A DNA stretch of 64,000 bases from Tubulanus polymorphus (Eukaryota; Animalia; Nemertea): positions 13,442,275 to 13,506,274 of the forward strand of contig NC_134032.1 of the NCBI RefSeq assembly GCF_964204645.1, in the 5' to 3' direction. A model generated the notes under the pieces. The model did no database searches and was not told the DNA's origin. It saw only the letters and a list, made by a program, of their open reading frames with translations. The stretch's first letter is position 1. Each line of letters begins with the position of its first letter. Positions 41,895 through 56,222 of this stretch are shown piece by piece. A program made the position numbers and the translations under genes.

Positions 41895-44378
41895 TTCATT
41901 CACAACTCGACGAAACTTCGGGAATGTTGTTTACATTCCAGAGTCGGACGATGACACCGTATTCGGATTCCGAGTCCGCCTAGCGGTCGGAGCCGTCCTC
42001 TCGGCACTAACTCGCAGTTCAGTTACTAAAATCTAAGATGTGATTTTTGTTTTAGATCTGCAGCCGGTTTCACAAAGCGCTATCGAGCCTTGTGTACCTT
42101 TTCATTACTTATCTTATCACTGTTTTCATTTACGCGAATTAACTGTTTCTCTCGAGCCGAGGGAGGGGTGAATTCTATTCAGACCTGAGTACGTTATGAT
42201 TAATTTTTACAATATATGAATTTGTTGTCTACCTTTTTGAAGTGTAAAAAACCGACTAGGCCCTCCTGAGTGCCGCAAACTACCTGGGCGGTCGGCTCAA
42301 AAAAATTTGTCTGATTCAATAAAATTTTTCAAATTACATGGTTACGGAGAGTATGCAAATATAAAAGATAAAATGGCAACAAATGACTGATTCACGCGTG
42401 ATTATAACGAGAATCGGCAGTGGCCTGGACCCCGGTGTCCATCCAACCAGGCATCCAACCATGTTATAGGCTAACTCATAGAGCCTTCGGTTAGTCTAAC
42501 CCGATACTGTGAACTTTTGGATCTTGATAATATTTAGAGACTTTATCCAAGTTCCACTGTAAACAACATCATTATAGATATCGTACAGACTTTTCAACAT
42601 TTCGGAACGAAATGGGTTGAATTTCATACATTGCATTACAAAGTTCTTCTGATTTATTACAGAGAAGAATTTCAAGAGGTGCATTTCTCTTCGTATTTCG
42701 ATTATTAGTGGGTGACTGCTGGTTCGTTATTTGATGCCGATTTTGGATTTTCGTGGTAAATTTGGATCTAGTATGATGATCTGCCTGACTCATTTTGCAA
42801 GACCGCAGCCATTCCAATTTTGAAGTTTTGTTGACTTTGAATCCAGTTTGCTAATGCCGACTGAGGTAAAAAAAAAGTACGATACTTAATAATGCCAGAA
42901 GGAAATATGCAGATGAGGCAAACATGAGAATTCATCAACATGAGAATTCATTAACATTGGACATGATGTTCTAATTTACACTAGAATTTACATATTAGAC
43001 AAATCAAATTTCTAAGTGAATCAGTAATTAATTTTACGTAAGAGTCAGCTGGCTATTGAAACATGAGAATATACATGTACGTTTGACATGATATTCTTAT
43101 CTACACAAGATGGCATTTAGATATAACATATTTCTAATTAAAAATAAATGATTAGCATTATTACCTAATATTTTTATCTCTTGTTACCACGTACCGTTAA
43201 TTTTGTTAAGCCCGTAAATTTTGTAACTCTCCTGAAGGACGCGTTTAATTCTTTAAAATGGTATTTTAGACTTTATTTGGTCCTACTAAGCTTGTGGCAA
43301 GTTTGCTAATGTAAGTAAATTTGGAGAGAAAGGAAAATACCACTGTGTTAGCGAGACGCGATGATGGATGCTGCTTCACAAAAACCAAACGCAAATGCCC
43401 GAGAAAATTAAAACTCTTTCAACGAATTTCAACCTATTCAGGGACGGATCAAGAGCGGGGGGTCCGAAGGTTACGAGACTCCGTAAAGCCTGGTCCGCGT
43501 GTCCTTTCTGTTTGCAGTTCCTCCCGCCAACCGCAACTTGTCCGGGAAGTAATTTCGCATTACATGTATTATAACTCTAATGTGAAAGTTACTTAGTGTT
43601 GTATCAGTGAAATATTAAACTTCATCATCCTCACTTGGAAAAAAAGTCCCCGGCTTACTTCTCAGTTCCAGGGTAAGGATTTTGCATGAATGTTTTTCAA
43701 ATCAGCTTTTATGCCTCCGAAACCCAACCTGCAGGCCCCAAAATTGTAATCAATTATAAGAATGTTCCGGCTTCACGCCTGCGGCGCTCGTAGGCCATGA
43801 TGCAGAAGCCCATAATATTGAGAGCCCTCATGCAATTTGGAACACCCTCGACATAGGACCCAGGGTCCAGTTCCATCAAAAATTGAAATCTTTAAAAGAC
43901 ACAACTTTATATTCACCCTCATCCTAGAAACCACTATAGTGGTTTCTAGAGTAAAATTCTCCGAGTAAAATATGTTTCTCTGAGTAAAATATGTTTGAGT
44001 CAATTCTACCTCGAAACACAAACGTATACGTGAATTGTTATTTCCATATACACAAGACTAAAACTTTTGTTTAGAATAATCCTATTGTTAGAACGAATAG
44101 ACCCCCTGGAGCCAGGTTCCACAGTTATGAATTTACTCGACTACGGTCAAATTTAACATCCACAGGGTTCAGTACTGTATACTATAAATTCGGTTTAACT
44201 GTTTAAGATATTCACATCCATAAAACACGACACAGCAAATGAAACAAATATAATTTGTATCAATTTGGTATCCTCGCGTCGTATTCAAAGGTATACAAAG
44301 AAATTTAATGAACTGGAAGCTTAGGCAGACAATGGATTAATAAAACTGGAGTCAGCCAGTCTATAGCAGCGAATAGAA

Positions 44379-45392
44379 ATGTTTCCTGATACTCTTTTTC
44401 ATTACGGCTTCAACAAAACATGCAGACCGTACGCGAGGACATGGGCAGCATTGTACATCCACACCCTAGTCAGCGCGCCTATTGCGTTCGTTGCCGTCAT
44501 CTTTAACATATTCTGCTACTCGGTGCTGAGGAGATTGCCGTTCCAGCCAACTTACTTCTTGTTGAGATGGCTGACAGTTTTCGATGGGCTGTTTTCGTTC
44601 GCCAGTGTCGTAGAGCACAGCATCGGCGCTCTAGTCGGGTACCATCGATACGGAACGCTAGTGATTTACGTCTATCACAGTCATTTGCTGCCGCAATTCG
44701 ACGCGTATATTCCCAGCGTTAAACAGATACTTTATTTCATACGGAATTGGCTCACTGTTACCATCACGTTTGAGCGCATATTAAGCGTGTACTTTCCATT
44801 CAGATCGAAGGTATGGTTGGTGAAGAGGTTTTTGAGATCGGTAGTGATGGGTGTCGTGTTTGTCAATTTACTCGTTGCGATTCCGTTTTTTCTTCGGGAC
44901 ATACGACCAGCGACGTCGAGAACGTGCGCCTATTTCAAAGAGGATTTCTTTTCCTACAAGCAAATTCCACCGTCTGACGTGTTCCCGCTCGGGCAGTACC
45001 GCAGAGTGATATCGGTGTATTTCTGTACCCTGCTCCCGCTTACGCTGCTGGCGGTCGGAAACTCGGCCCTGTGTTACCACGTCGGTCAAACGCATCGAAA
45101 ACGTTTATCGATGATGGCCGCCGGTTCTGGTCAAAAGACGGACGCTAAAAACAACACCGCTCTTATTATGACGATTGCTATAATAACGGCGCATTTGTTG
45201 TGCGAATGTCCTTTCACGTTCTTTTTACTAAACTACGATTTTCGTTGGTTAGATGCATATTTCAACCGCGCTCTGCTGAAATTCGGCTCAGAAGTTGGCA
45301 CACGGATAGATTCGTTGATTAACGTTGTTTTATACATAATAATAAATTCTCGTTTTCGCCAGTGTGCCCTGAAAATGATCGGTATCAAATGA
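44379..45392 (+). CDS. Intronless class A (rhodopsin-type) GPCR, FMRFamide-receptor-like/chemoreceptor-like
   Basis: 337 aa with 7 hydrophobic segments. TM1 N (IFNI), TM2 LTVFD, TM3 WLTVTITFERILSVYFPF, TM5 LLP, TM6 CECP, TM7 INVVLY and helix 8 NSRFR. Confidence 0.85.
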   Translation: MFPDTLFHYGFNKTCRPYARTWAALYIHTLVSAPIAFVAVIFNIFCYSVLRRLPFQPTYFLLRWLTVFDGLFSFASVVEHSIGALVGYHRYGTLVIYVYHSHLLPQFDAYIPSVKQILYFIRNWLTVTITFERILSVYFPFRSKVWLVKRFLRSVVMGVVFVNLLVAIPFFLRDIRPATSRTCAYFKEDFFSYKQIPPSDVFPLGQYRRVISVYFCTLLPLTLLAVGNSALCYHVGQTHRKRLSMMAAGSGQKTDAKNNTALIMTIAIITAHLLCECPFTFFLLNYDFRWLDAYFNRALLKFGSEVGTRIDSLINVVLYIIINSRFRQCALKMIGIK

Positions 45393-48300
45393 ATCCTAAC
45401 GTACAGTACATATATTCCATTCCAAAGTAGTGCTAGGTTCTCCTTGAAGATTTGTTGACGACGCCAGGGTTGAAAACCTCGGAAATTGACTAAATTCTTC
45501 AACTCTGTAGTCATCAAACGCGACCGAGAATCATGAAACTGGCTGCAGACTATAGTTAACTACATATTCATACATTTTGATATTTTGGAAAAGATATGTT
45601 GAACCCTGAAAAAATGATTGATATTGTGCTTGCGTTTGACGGTTGGAAATTTGGAAATGTATCCACGTTTTGTTGTTGTATAGACGATTTTGTTTGATAT
45701 CAAAACGCTTATGATGTCACAGTGAATGCGTGACCACCAGTGGTTTTGCTGCTGGGTTTTATTTCGCATTGCGAAATTGCCTTATACTCGATTTAGATTA
45801 GTTTGGGGTAATAGAAAGAGATTGCGTTTGGAAGTAATTGGGGTTGTACTCACAGTGGGCACTTGATGTCTACACACCGAAAATCATATATATATATATA
45901 TAAGATAGAATATTTAGGAGGGAATCAGACTGTCTCATTCTCACGATAGTGCCAACGTTTAGATATGGTACACTGCCGCTAAGTGGATGCCTTGACTTGT
46001 ATATTATCGGAGCCGCCCTTCCTCCTTATCACCGGTCTCCATGGTAATTGTGTACACAGGTATGGGTTCGAACCCGCCAGATTTAAAATTCTATTCCCTA
46101 AAAAGCTAGAAAACCCAAAGAAAACGAAAACATTTCTATATTCAATAAGGCAAATAATGTAACAATCTTGATCGGTGATGAACAACTTCTTAATCCTTTA
46201 AAGACCAGCAAAATAAAATCACTAAAACATGTCCAGATTATGGCAATGAAGCAGTGTTTATTGTCTGTTGTGAATACAGAGTCGGTATAAAAATTCTTCA
46301 CATAAACCATTGTAAAATTAAAAAACATTGGCAGGCGGGCATGAGGACAGTATACTGACTAACCTTGTAGCACATATCGGTTCTATAACAACTCAAAACA
46401 ATAAACTGTTCATTCTTTAATTGGATTAGAAGAATAATTATCAGCGATTACCGTAACAAATATCTATCAAAATCTCACTATCTACATCTTCATCGTTTTT
46501 AGAAGTTTTTATTTAAAGGCGATAAATCAAATATCACTTATTAAATATCCCTTTCAAATAACAGCCTTAAACAATGGATGGCAACATTGACACCGAGTCA
46601 AAATAACAATATAAATATATATAAGTACCGGTATTTTTGGCCTCGTGTTGAATAAATATACCAAGACTCATCGATGGCTCAATTCACCTGATGAAGCTAC
46701 TACAGTGGAACCTCGTTACAACGAACCTGGATATAACAAATATAGAATTTCATTCCAAGCAAGACAATTGATTCATTTCATACTGGAAGTAACAATTTAT
46801 CGGTTAAAACAAACATATTTTCTGGTCCCGTGAAGTTTGCTGTAACGAGGTTCCACTGTATGCACTTAGCGAAAGCTCGTACGTTTAATAAACTAGTTAA
46901 TCTATAAATTACTAATTGTCTGGGTGTATTTAAACTTATTGAGGGATTTCTTACGCATAAATCTTACACGGAAATCGTGTATCTTTTTGATCTAATGATT
47001 GGATACAATTTGTGATTGTACAGTCATCTAATCAGCACTCTTTCAATAATGACTGTCTGAGACAATTTGCACCACAGCAGCTTGAATGGTGTTGGTTCCA
47101 GGCTGAAGTTTGATCGCTACCTCAGTTCGGACGCACTGTTAGGAAAACCTAATGCTAGGATTACTTTTTGTCTTTACTATTGGTTTTAGCTTTAGATTAT
47201 ATAACGTTGCTCTACGATAAAATGGCAAACGATTAAAGAGAATTAACAAAAAAATTTTTACAAAAATATTTAACTAATAACATGATAAACTTCAATCATA
47301 ATCAATAGAAACTTAAAAACAATCTTGTGTTAAATTAACAGTCTTGTTTAACGGATATGGAGTGTATATATTTATTTGTTCACATAAAAAGCTTCATATT
47401 GAAACATTTCTTATCAAAACTAACACAGCTTTAAATCTGTGGTGGCAAGCATTTGTGTATGATGCATCCTCCCCGTGGCACGGATTTGAACTTGATGGCC
47501 TCGAGGTTGCCATAGTACGAAACCCTGCCACACTAGACCGAGTGCGCAGCTACGTGCGCAGCTTAGATGATGTCATTATCAGCCAATCAGATATCCCGTT
47601 TTATTTTAGCCCGGGTTTTTCCATTTATAGTTCTACCGTGAAATTTACCTCAGCGATTATACAACGAGCAATCTGATTGGTGCCGCAAGTTTTCGTGCGG
47701 TAAACCTGCACACCCGGTCTACTGTAGCAGAGGTTCGTGCCGTGGCTGAGTGTAGCGATGTCATCAGGTTTGAGTCCATGCCGTGGGATGTGTATGATGA
47801 GACCAGTGGAAAATTTCGACGGATGACCGCCTGGCGGCCATATTAACTTAGAAACCAAAACTGCTATCGAATTACAGTAAACCAAGCTTAATCCGGATCA
47901 TTTGGGACCGATTAAAATTAATTCCGTTTTTATATACTTTTATGTATATGATATCTGGATTAAGTTGAAATCTGGATTAAACTGATCCGGATTAAGCGGA
48001 TTGACCGTAAAGTGTGACGTAGCGTTATTGTGAGGTAGTGATAGTTGAAGGGTGATCAACGGGCACATACCAAAAATGAAAATGAAGGCGCGAAGAATAA
48101 TTGGCAGTGGATATAGTGTCCGTCTTCACAAAGCGCGAACACAAAATTCCACGTGGTTTTCACCGATATCTACGCACTTTTATGAATGGCTCATTCTGTC
48201 ATTGCGGTCATCGGATGAAAGCTCAATGGTCCCTGAATATCAAAAAGCCTTATTCTAACACACATCAACAGTGGGAGAAGTCATAATCACAGCTTATACT

Positions 48301-48404
48301 TTGGTTCATATCATCATTAAAAACCATCTCTGAAAATAGACACAATCTACAACTTTATAACTTCTTATCACAGGAGGCTGGGATGGTTCACTGGTTCTTG
48401 CTTA

Positions 48405-48623
48405 GGCTAAACAAAAATGATACCTTGTTTCTCCGCAGTGGCCGGGTCATTTTTGTAAAATATGATAAAATTTATAAACAGTTCATTCCTATAGCGGACG
48501 GGTCTGTTATGGTAAAATTGATCACGATTTAAAAAAGAGTAATGTATAGGGTAGATAGGCGGCCGGCCGGGTCAACATTTAAGCTCAGCAGAGCGGAGAA
48601 ACAAGGTATCAATTTTTTTAGCC
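48405..48623. mobile_element. Kolobok-like MITE (near-identical copy 49847-50066; degenerate copy ~61768-61985)
   Basis: TIRs ggctaaa..tgataccttgtttctccgc / gcggagaaacaaggtatcaa..ttagcc, with TTAA-like flanks. Confidence 0.75.
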
Positions 48624-48968
48624 TTAAAATGACGGTTAAGAATGCCATTTTTCAAGAAGTAAATGGTGTTACAGTAAATGTTAGTAGACTCTGTTTTTTC
48701 CCTTGACTTCATTGTCTAGATTATCGCATGCCCTCTAGACAAATCTGTGATAACAACCCATCCTTGCTCCCACTGCCTACGATTTCCCGATAGAAATTTT
48801 CGGTCCAGCAAAATGCGATGCAAGCGGACTCTTTTATTCATCAATTTATTTCGTTGCTATAAATTTTGAGAGAGCATTTTGAAGTTACTCCTTCCCAGTT
48901 CAGGTACGATAGTCAAACACAGCCATTAAACACTGAACTCAATGTGAATGATTTCTATCACTTACTGA

Positions 48969-51900
48969 TTAATGTTTAAGCACGGCGTCGATAAATTGAG
49001 AAAATACACGAATAAAATAGAACTCCTCCCGAGGAACGATTCCGCCATAACCGTCGACGAATCCAATATGGCCGCCGCGAGTTGTGGCTGCCACGGCGAC
49101 GTATTCAGACGCTTGCACAGCTTCAACATTAATCGCTAGAAAATTCAGAAAAAATTAAAGTTCAATCTTAATTTCACAGGTTGCTCAGACTACAGATGAA
49201 ATAGCTACAATTAGACTATGACTAATTGCAGAGAGGACAGTGGCGGTCTCATGACAATGTCATCAGGTTTGAATCCCTGCCAAGGGAAGATGTGTCTGCT
49301 AGGGTTAGAGTTACATGTCTCATGATATCGCTGTCATGTAGGGAGGATGCATCTACTAACGAGGACAGAAGTTTAGTTAGACAAGAATCTTATGACGCCA
49401 TCAAGTTGAAATGGATCCTCCCAAGACAGAATGTGTCTACAAGGGCAGAGTCTTATGACATCCCTTTCATGGAGGCTGTGTCTGCTAAGGCAGGGAGCTT
49501 TACTGGTGACTTATGATTGATCAACCAAGTTTAAACTGGTTTGATTCACCATTGAGGCAGGTTTCAATACTCACTGGATACAAGGGCGAACGGGTCGTCC
49601 GCTGCATTGAGACAAAGTAGTGGAATTTTGATGAGATCGATTTTATCGTTGAGAATTGCTTCCTTGTAATATTCATTGCACGATGGAAAACCATTCATTT
49701 TCGACGTGAAATACTCATCGAATTCACGCAGGGTCGACGACTTAATAAAAAGAGAAAAAATGATGATTGCATCAGTTTTGTAGACCCCGGTTGTGGGGGT
49801 AGAATTTTCTATCAATAGGCCTATCTATCCAAGAATACTAAATTAAGGCTAAACAAAAATGATACCTTGTTTCTCCGCAGCGGCCGGGTCATTTTTGTAA
49901 AATATGATAAAATTTATGAACAGTTCATTTCTATAGCGGCCGGGTCTGTTATGGTAAAATTGATCACGATTTTAAAAAAAGTAATGTATAGGGTAGATAT
50001 GCAGCCGGCCGGGTCAACATTTAAGCTCAGCAGAGCGGAGAAACAAGGTATCAATTCTTTTTAGCCTAAAGTCTATGCATAACATGAAACACCCACAATA
50101 CTTGTATTGAAAAAAGGAAAATCTACTGCACTGACATTTCAGGTAATATGCTTCTACACTCATCGTAAATAGACTGCTACTGATCTATAGCTTAGCTTAG
50201 CTCACACTAAGATCCAATCCGATCGTCTGCCATTTTGTCTTAAGAACATTCATGTCACATTGCGAGGTCAAGTCGCCAATTCGGCCAAATTGTTTGTCGA
50301 ATCTTAGCTACACTCGGGTGACCTGAGATCCACAATGAGTTAGACTTAGTCTAGTATCTAGCCGTTCTTTCCTGAACAACCTAAGACTATTAAATTCGGC
50401 TTAAATTGATTTCCCAGTGGCGGGCTTTTTGATTTCATCGACGATTTATTACTTCATGATTAGTTCCTCGTAAAATAATAGTTTACTTAAAGCCTACCTG
50501 TAAAACCCGTTTCATTTCATTGTTGGTGAGTTTTTTCGCGAATAAATCAAGATTTCTAAAAAAAAGATAAAGAACTCTATAATGACAGAACAGTCACTTG
50601 AAACGGTACATATGCTATGGGAATTTCAGGTTACCGAAAAAATCCATAGAAGAAATAAGCTGCGTTCACACTAGGATTTCAGCACGGTACTAAGCGTTCA
50701 CACTAGGAAATTATTCGCGGCCTATTCGCAGCTTATTCAGTTCCGTACTGAAATACGCGGCTTATTAAGCGTGGAATGCGAAAACCCGATCTCAGTACGG
50801 CGCTGAGCTGGCCGCATATTTTCTGTAGTTTGAACGCAGATTCGGCGCTTAGCTAGCCTCGTATTTACGTCTTCGTAGTACAATACACTCAACACTTATT
50901 ACACTGCCCTCTATTGGCACACTGGGTGACTACTATACTGGGCTTACGAAGTGCCGAATTGTCAACTCGTAGTGTGAACGTAACTGACTGTGTAAGCGCC
51001 GTATTTTGGTGAATTCGGCACCAGCGAAGTACGGTACTTCGTAAGCGTCGAATCTAGTGTGAACGCGGCTATAAACCTCGATGTTTTTGGTTTAGTGAAG
51101 ACCGTAGACCAGGCGAACACGTGTGCCAATCACTGCAGCAGTAAATGCACTCTAACCAACTCACCTGTGAATGGTATCTACGAGACTTTTTGTCAGGTGA
51201 CTGTTATAAATAAATCGATTTATCGGCTCTTCGATGTTGACCATATTTTTTACCGGGTCGAAGCAGGCAGATATTGCCATCGCTGCTTCGACTGGACAAT
51301 CCTTTCCAACTTCCGATAAGTAGTGCATCAGGATTATTCTGTAAAATATGCAGATTCTTACTCAGCATTTGAATCAATTCTACCAGTTTCAACATTACTG
51401 CAGTAAGAGACAAGAGACAAGAGACAAGAGACAAGAGACAAGAGACAAGAGACAGAGACAGAGACAGAGACAGAGACAGAGACAGAGACAGAGACAGAGA
51501 CAGAGACAGAGACAGACAGAGACAGAGACAGAGACAGAGACAGTATTTCACAAACTCTTAATCCGTATTACACATCAACTCAGGGTAGAATTTTACCAGT
51601 CTCAACTAAACCACAGTAAGAGACAGAGAGTCAACTGTATTTCACAAAATCTTACTTAGTATTTGATAGAATTTTAGTAAGTCAGAGACATAGTCAACTG
51701 TACTTCACAAAATATTACTCATTTGAAAATAAATATTACTTTGGGTACAGTGGCAGCGACGAAGCGCAGCAATATTTTACTGAATGACATTTTTCCTTAG
51801 AATACCATGTTTTTGACGAAGTTTTAGTAAATTCACAGCGATTACATTAGAACCTTTCAAAAATCGACAATTGGCTGCGGCAATCGCGCCTACTGTACTT

Positions 51901-53935
51901 CACTAAATCTTACTCAGTATTGAGTAGACTTTAATTGATTGGGGTTGAATACTTACCCTCCTAAAGAAACACCAGTACACAATAATCTTGACTGAGGATA
52001 TTTGGCTTTTATATGTTTCACAACGGACCCTATGTCATCAGTATCAATCGCGCAATACAACCGTGGTGTCTGAAAAAATTATAATTCATTTTCAAACTGC
52101 AATAAAAATATTAATACTAATCATATAAATATCTTGTTTTCAAAATATATCCTACAAGATAGGATGTATGAAGGCCATTTTTGAGTGTAGATGCTAAACA
52201 AGATGCAGAAATAATTGAAATTTCAGAATAGATTTGACTTACCAATAAATCAGCACCACCACGCCCTCTATTGTTAAACACAACACATCTGAAGGAAAGA
52301 CGTTACAAGATTCAGGTTATTTTTTCTTAACAAACATGTAATACCCTTAACGATACTTTTATTTCAGTAAAGATTAACCCTCTCTTACCTGTAACCGTGT
52401 TCTAAAGCCATTCGCACTAAATGTACCATGTAATTCTGTGCACTACAGCCTGGAAACGGATGATATGTTTTGCCCAGATTTAATCCTTCATTCAATGAAA
52501 ATCACTTAATGTTACAATAGAATAAATGAATTTTCTCATTGAAATCTAAAAGATCTAAGCCAGCATGATTACCAGTACAGCTATGTACAACTGGACCAAT
52601 AGTCTGGTGTCATTTTGGGGTTAAAAAACCTTTGCCAATCTTCAAAAATCAACAGGTAAAGGAAGCCACTATCCCGAAAGGAAAACCAAAGTTTTGTCAT
52701 TTTAAGATGAATTGTAATGATATATATGTAGGCCCTGTCCGGCTTGCAAGTATGGCAATTTAATCATAATCATTTTGAGTAAGAAAATTAATTCTAATTC
52801 TCTACCCGTAGGTAATTTCTTTTCAGGGGTAGCGATAATTCGCTTTCAATTACCTGTTATACCGGGCAACAGAAGAATAGTCGGTCGGGTTTCCGCGTCT
52901 GGAAATATTTGGTTGTTATCATTTTGAATCCAGTCGAGGAATATTTGTCCACCGTCACACATTTTCTTCACTTCCCTGAAAGTGATTTAAAACAAGTTCT
53001 CTGTAATAGCTGAAATACCATAGTGTACTATCATCGTCACCTAACCTTACCAAAATCCAAAGGCCTGAATTTTTTATAACATAGATACAAAATCAACCAA
53101 TAATTACCTGATGGTAGTTTAGGTGAATAGGGCAATGAATAATATAGAAATTCTTAAATATTTGGTGAATAATGACCACAATGAGCGTTAAAACCACAAT
53201 CGAACTCGCTAAAATTTGTCTTAAAATGTTCCTTGAAAAAGGTTGTTAGTGAAAAACTTAAAATTAAGATCTCTTAATACATTTTTAATTTGGTGGATGT
53301 TTTGAAAGCATTTTAGTTGTTTCATTGCAGGTTAGACCTTTGATAAGTTAGATACAAGTGAAAATGGAACACTGGAAGAATAGGGTCAATTGTCCACTTC
53401 TCCCCAATTTTGCACGCTTAACTCCACATCGAGTGGGGCCGAGTTTGAGAATCTGTCATTTGACAATTTCTGCTGGCGAAACCCTTATACCTACCTCTTA
53501 TACGGCATTTTTGGTTGAGATTGTGCCAATGATCGGATGATGGTTTGACCTCGGCTTCCGAAACACCAGATCAATGGCCAAAATCGCTCTCGCAATATCG
53601 GACAACCGTCGTTGATGATCTCCCATATCTTACCATCCCGTTTCGTAATAATTGATGGTTTCTAAAAAAATTCGAGAATTGCAGAATACCATCAGTGACA
53701 GTGACTGAGTGAGTGAACTGGTGTCGGTGAAGAAACTGCTGAACATGGATGGATGACCCCGGTAAAAAGTTTTTAAAGTTTTCATTTTGTTCGTCAGGTT
53801 GCAACGCCTATTAAAAGTTGGACCTACCTTAGCTACATAGAACATGTAATATAATACGAAGACTGTTAGAGATGCGATAATCACGGGAATTAGGGCTATT
53901 TCCCCTAAATAATCCAACCATTCCTCCGCTGACAT
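48969..53935 (-). CDS. Alpha/beta-hydrolase, ABHD1/ABHD3-like phospholipase
   Basis: N-terminal TM ([18 protein letters not shown]), [27 protein letters not shown] and TPRLYCA. Catalytic motifs GVSLGG (Ser), NAADDPF (Asp) and TRGGHIGF (His). About 10 exons. Confidence 0.9.
50659..51069. mobile_element. Harbinger-like MITE
   Basis: TIRs gctgcgttcacactag / ctagtgtgaacgcggc, with internal repeats of cgttcacact. Confidence 0.7.
51407..51543. repeat. (GAGACAA)n(GAGACA)n microsatellite
   Basis: Seen directly in the sequence. Confidence 0.95.
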
Positions 53936-54695
53936 CTCCAAGACCGCCCCCAATCTCTGAAGAGAACTAAAGTCGGATCCTGCGCCGCGATATAACGATA
54001 ACTATCGCCGTCTACTTCCAATGCTGGCTACGTGTATTAGCTAAATCCAATTCAATTCACGACGAAAGAAAAGGCTCTGGCAGTCGAGAGATTCTTCCTC
54101 TGGCAATCGAGGAAATAGAAGTTTAATCATTGTGATTAGACAATATTGATCAAATTATGTTTATTTTGTGATGTTAGATAAATAATTTTTTTTCACGGAC
54201 CAATTATGACAATTGATTCTCAATGGCATTTGTAGTCCGTTGCTCTTGGGGTGTCCCAGGTTCGAACCCACAATATCAAAATACTCTAATTCAGAGACAG
54301 AGAGTCTATACATACGTTTTACACCGTAGTCCATGGTTTGAGCCAACGCCTCAACAGGGTGTCCTAGATTTCATACCGATTCTGTCAGACTGAACAAATG
54401 AAACAAACACGAGGCACTTTTTTCTTAAAATATATTTACAAATCATATTCAAAGAATTTTCACATACAGTATAAATTGAACAAAAAAATAATCATTTTTG
54501 CTATTACAAAATATCATAATTTTTTTCATTGTCAAATCAAACCCTTGCTTTCAACAGTAATGATGCTAGATTTAAAATGGATCGCCTTAAAGCCATCTCT
54601 GAAATTGTTAATATTGATTTTTCAGAGTTATTGAACACTACAAACCTCACCCCAGAGTAACAACTAAATCTAAATACTTTTGAATTTTATCGCTA

Positions 54696-56222
54696 TCATA
54701 ATAAAATTCGCTTGTCCTGTGAATGTATCATTGTTGGTTTCCATGGCGCCCATCGATTCACGTTCTCTGGCGATAGGGTTTCCGCGTTTACAGAAGGCGC
54801 TATCGTGTAGTGTGATGATAGCGAATGATAGGCGGCAAACAGCCCGGTTTTCACAGCCAGATCGAGTTCATGACCTTTCAGTATGGAACTAATAATTCCG
54901 GCATTCAAACTTGAAAAAAATCAATAATCATTTATACTATAAAAAGGTTTCATTTTCGTTTCAAACCATTCCTTTAAAAAAAAGCTTAAAAAGTTGTTTC
55001 AAAAGGTGTCTCTTAAGTCAACAATCGGGCTCAGCAGTTCCTTATCTAACTTATCTAGAGTTAACCATCAAGACCGAGTTCCACAGGCTCAGTTCATTGA
55101 AAATAAACTCTGAATCAATTGTTTACTCACAACTGTGGAACTGGGTCCAGGGGGGTCATCAGTTGCTCAAAAGCCAATGAGCTTCGCTATATCCACAAGT
55201 TAGTTCTAGCCCTATAGAAAATGTACGTCAATTTTAAATGGCTAATTACCTGTCTCCAGCGCCAGATACGCTGACTATATTATCCGGTCTTTGCTCTTCT
55301 GTGCATGGGTTGTAATGTACGATTGTCAAACCGTTTCTTTCCTTAAAAACGAGGAAAAAAAACGAAAATATAAAGATTTTCAACATCAAGTAACATTATC
55401 ACTGCTTTAGATACATCCAGTCAGTTCTAAGCTACTGGCTTAACTCATTATTTCAAGTTGATCATTTTGATAAAATTTTCAGTGAAATCAGATTCAAAAC
55501 CTTGGAACTAGAACTTGAGCCAAAATAAATCGAATTGTCGCTAACTACACCTGATACCACAGTTTTGAGCTATAGGTAACTCGTTGTAAAAACTGCATGA
55601 TATTCAAACCAGTTTGTTTGTTAACTGCACCCAGGGCCCAGTTTCACAAAAAGGTTTAACACTTAAATCGATTTAATTTCTTCATTAATTCAGTTTATCT
55701 TAAATCGATTTAGGCCTTAATCCTTTTTGTGAAACTGCACCCAGGAGTTCAAACCGGCCATTTTGGACACCGGGCTGCTATAATTCTCGTGTCTTTTTTA
55801 CTAACCTGTAGAAGTTTTCCTCTGACAGGAACCGGATGGTCCATCTCAGTTCGTCGACACACCACTAAACCGTTAGAACCGATAGTTACAAATACGAACG
55901 GTACAACATCCAGCACCGGTCCGATCCTCATTAGAATATCTTCAAAATCTTCTTCTTTCGTTTTAACCATACCTTCAAAAAGAAAGTCGAGATGAAAACA
56001 CGACCGAGATCACAAAATTCAAAACAAAATACCAACGTTCATAAACGTATTTATGATACGCACCTCCGGAAAGATCGGGTATTTGCTGGCCGGTGATTGT
56101 AGCATGGATGACTAAAAGCTCTTTTAGATTTGGTGAAACGTAAGTTAAATGTTTCCAAGTCCCGTTCGTCGTCTTTCTAAACGCTTTGCCGGCCTTGTGT
56201 ATATCTGTAGGTTCAAACCAAA
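54696..56222 (-). CDS. 3' exons of a PfkB-family kinase, probably the bifunctional pseudouridine glycosidase/kinase (5' part not found in the window)
   Basis: Exons: 56064-56222 (WFEPTDIHKA..TYVSPNLKEL); 55806-55972 (VFVTIGSNGL); 55250-55341 (IVSVSGAGDS, PfkB signature); 54696-54909 (LNAGII..RWAPW). The first exon begins at an acceptor in phase 1. Confidence 0.82.

Noticed and set aside
51204-51659. ORFs with (LS)n and (RQ)n runs
   Set aside because: Translations of the microsatellite.
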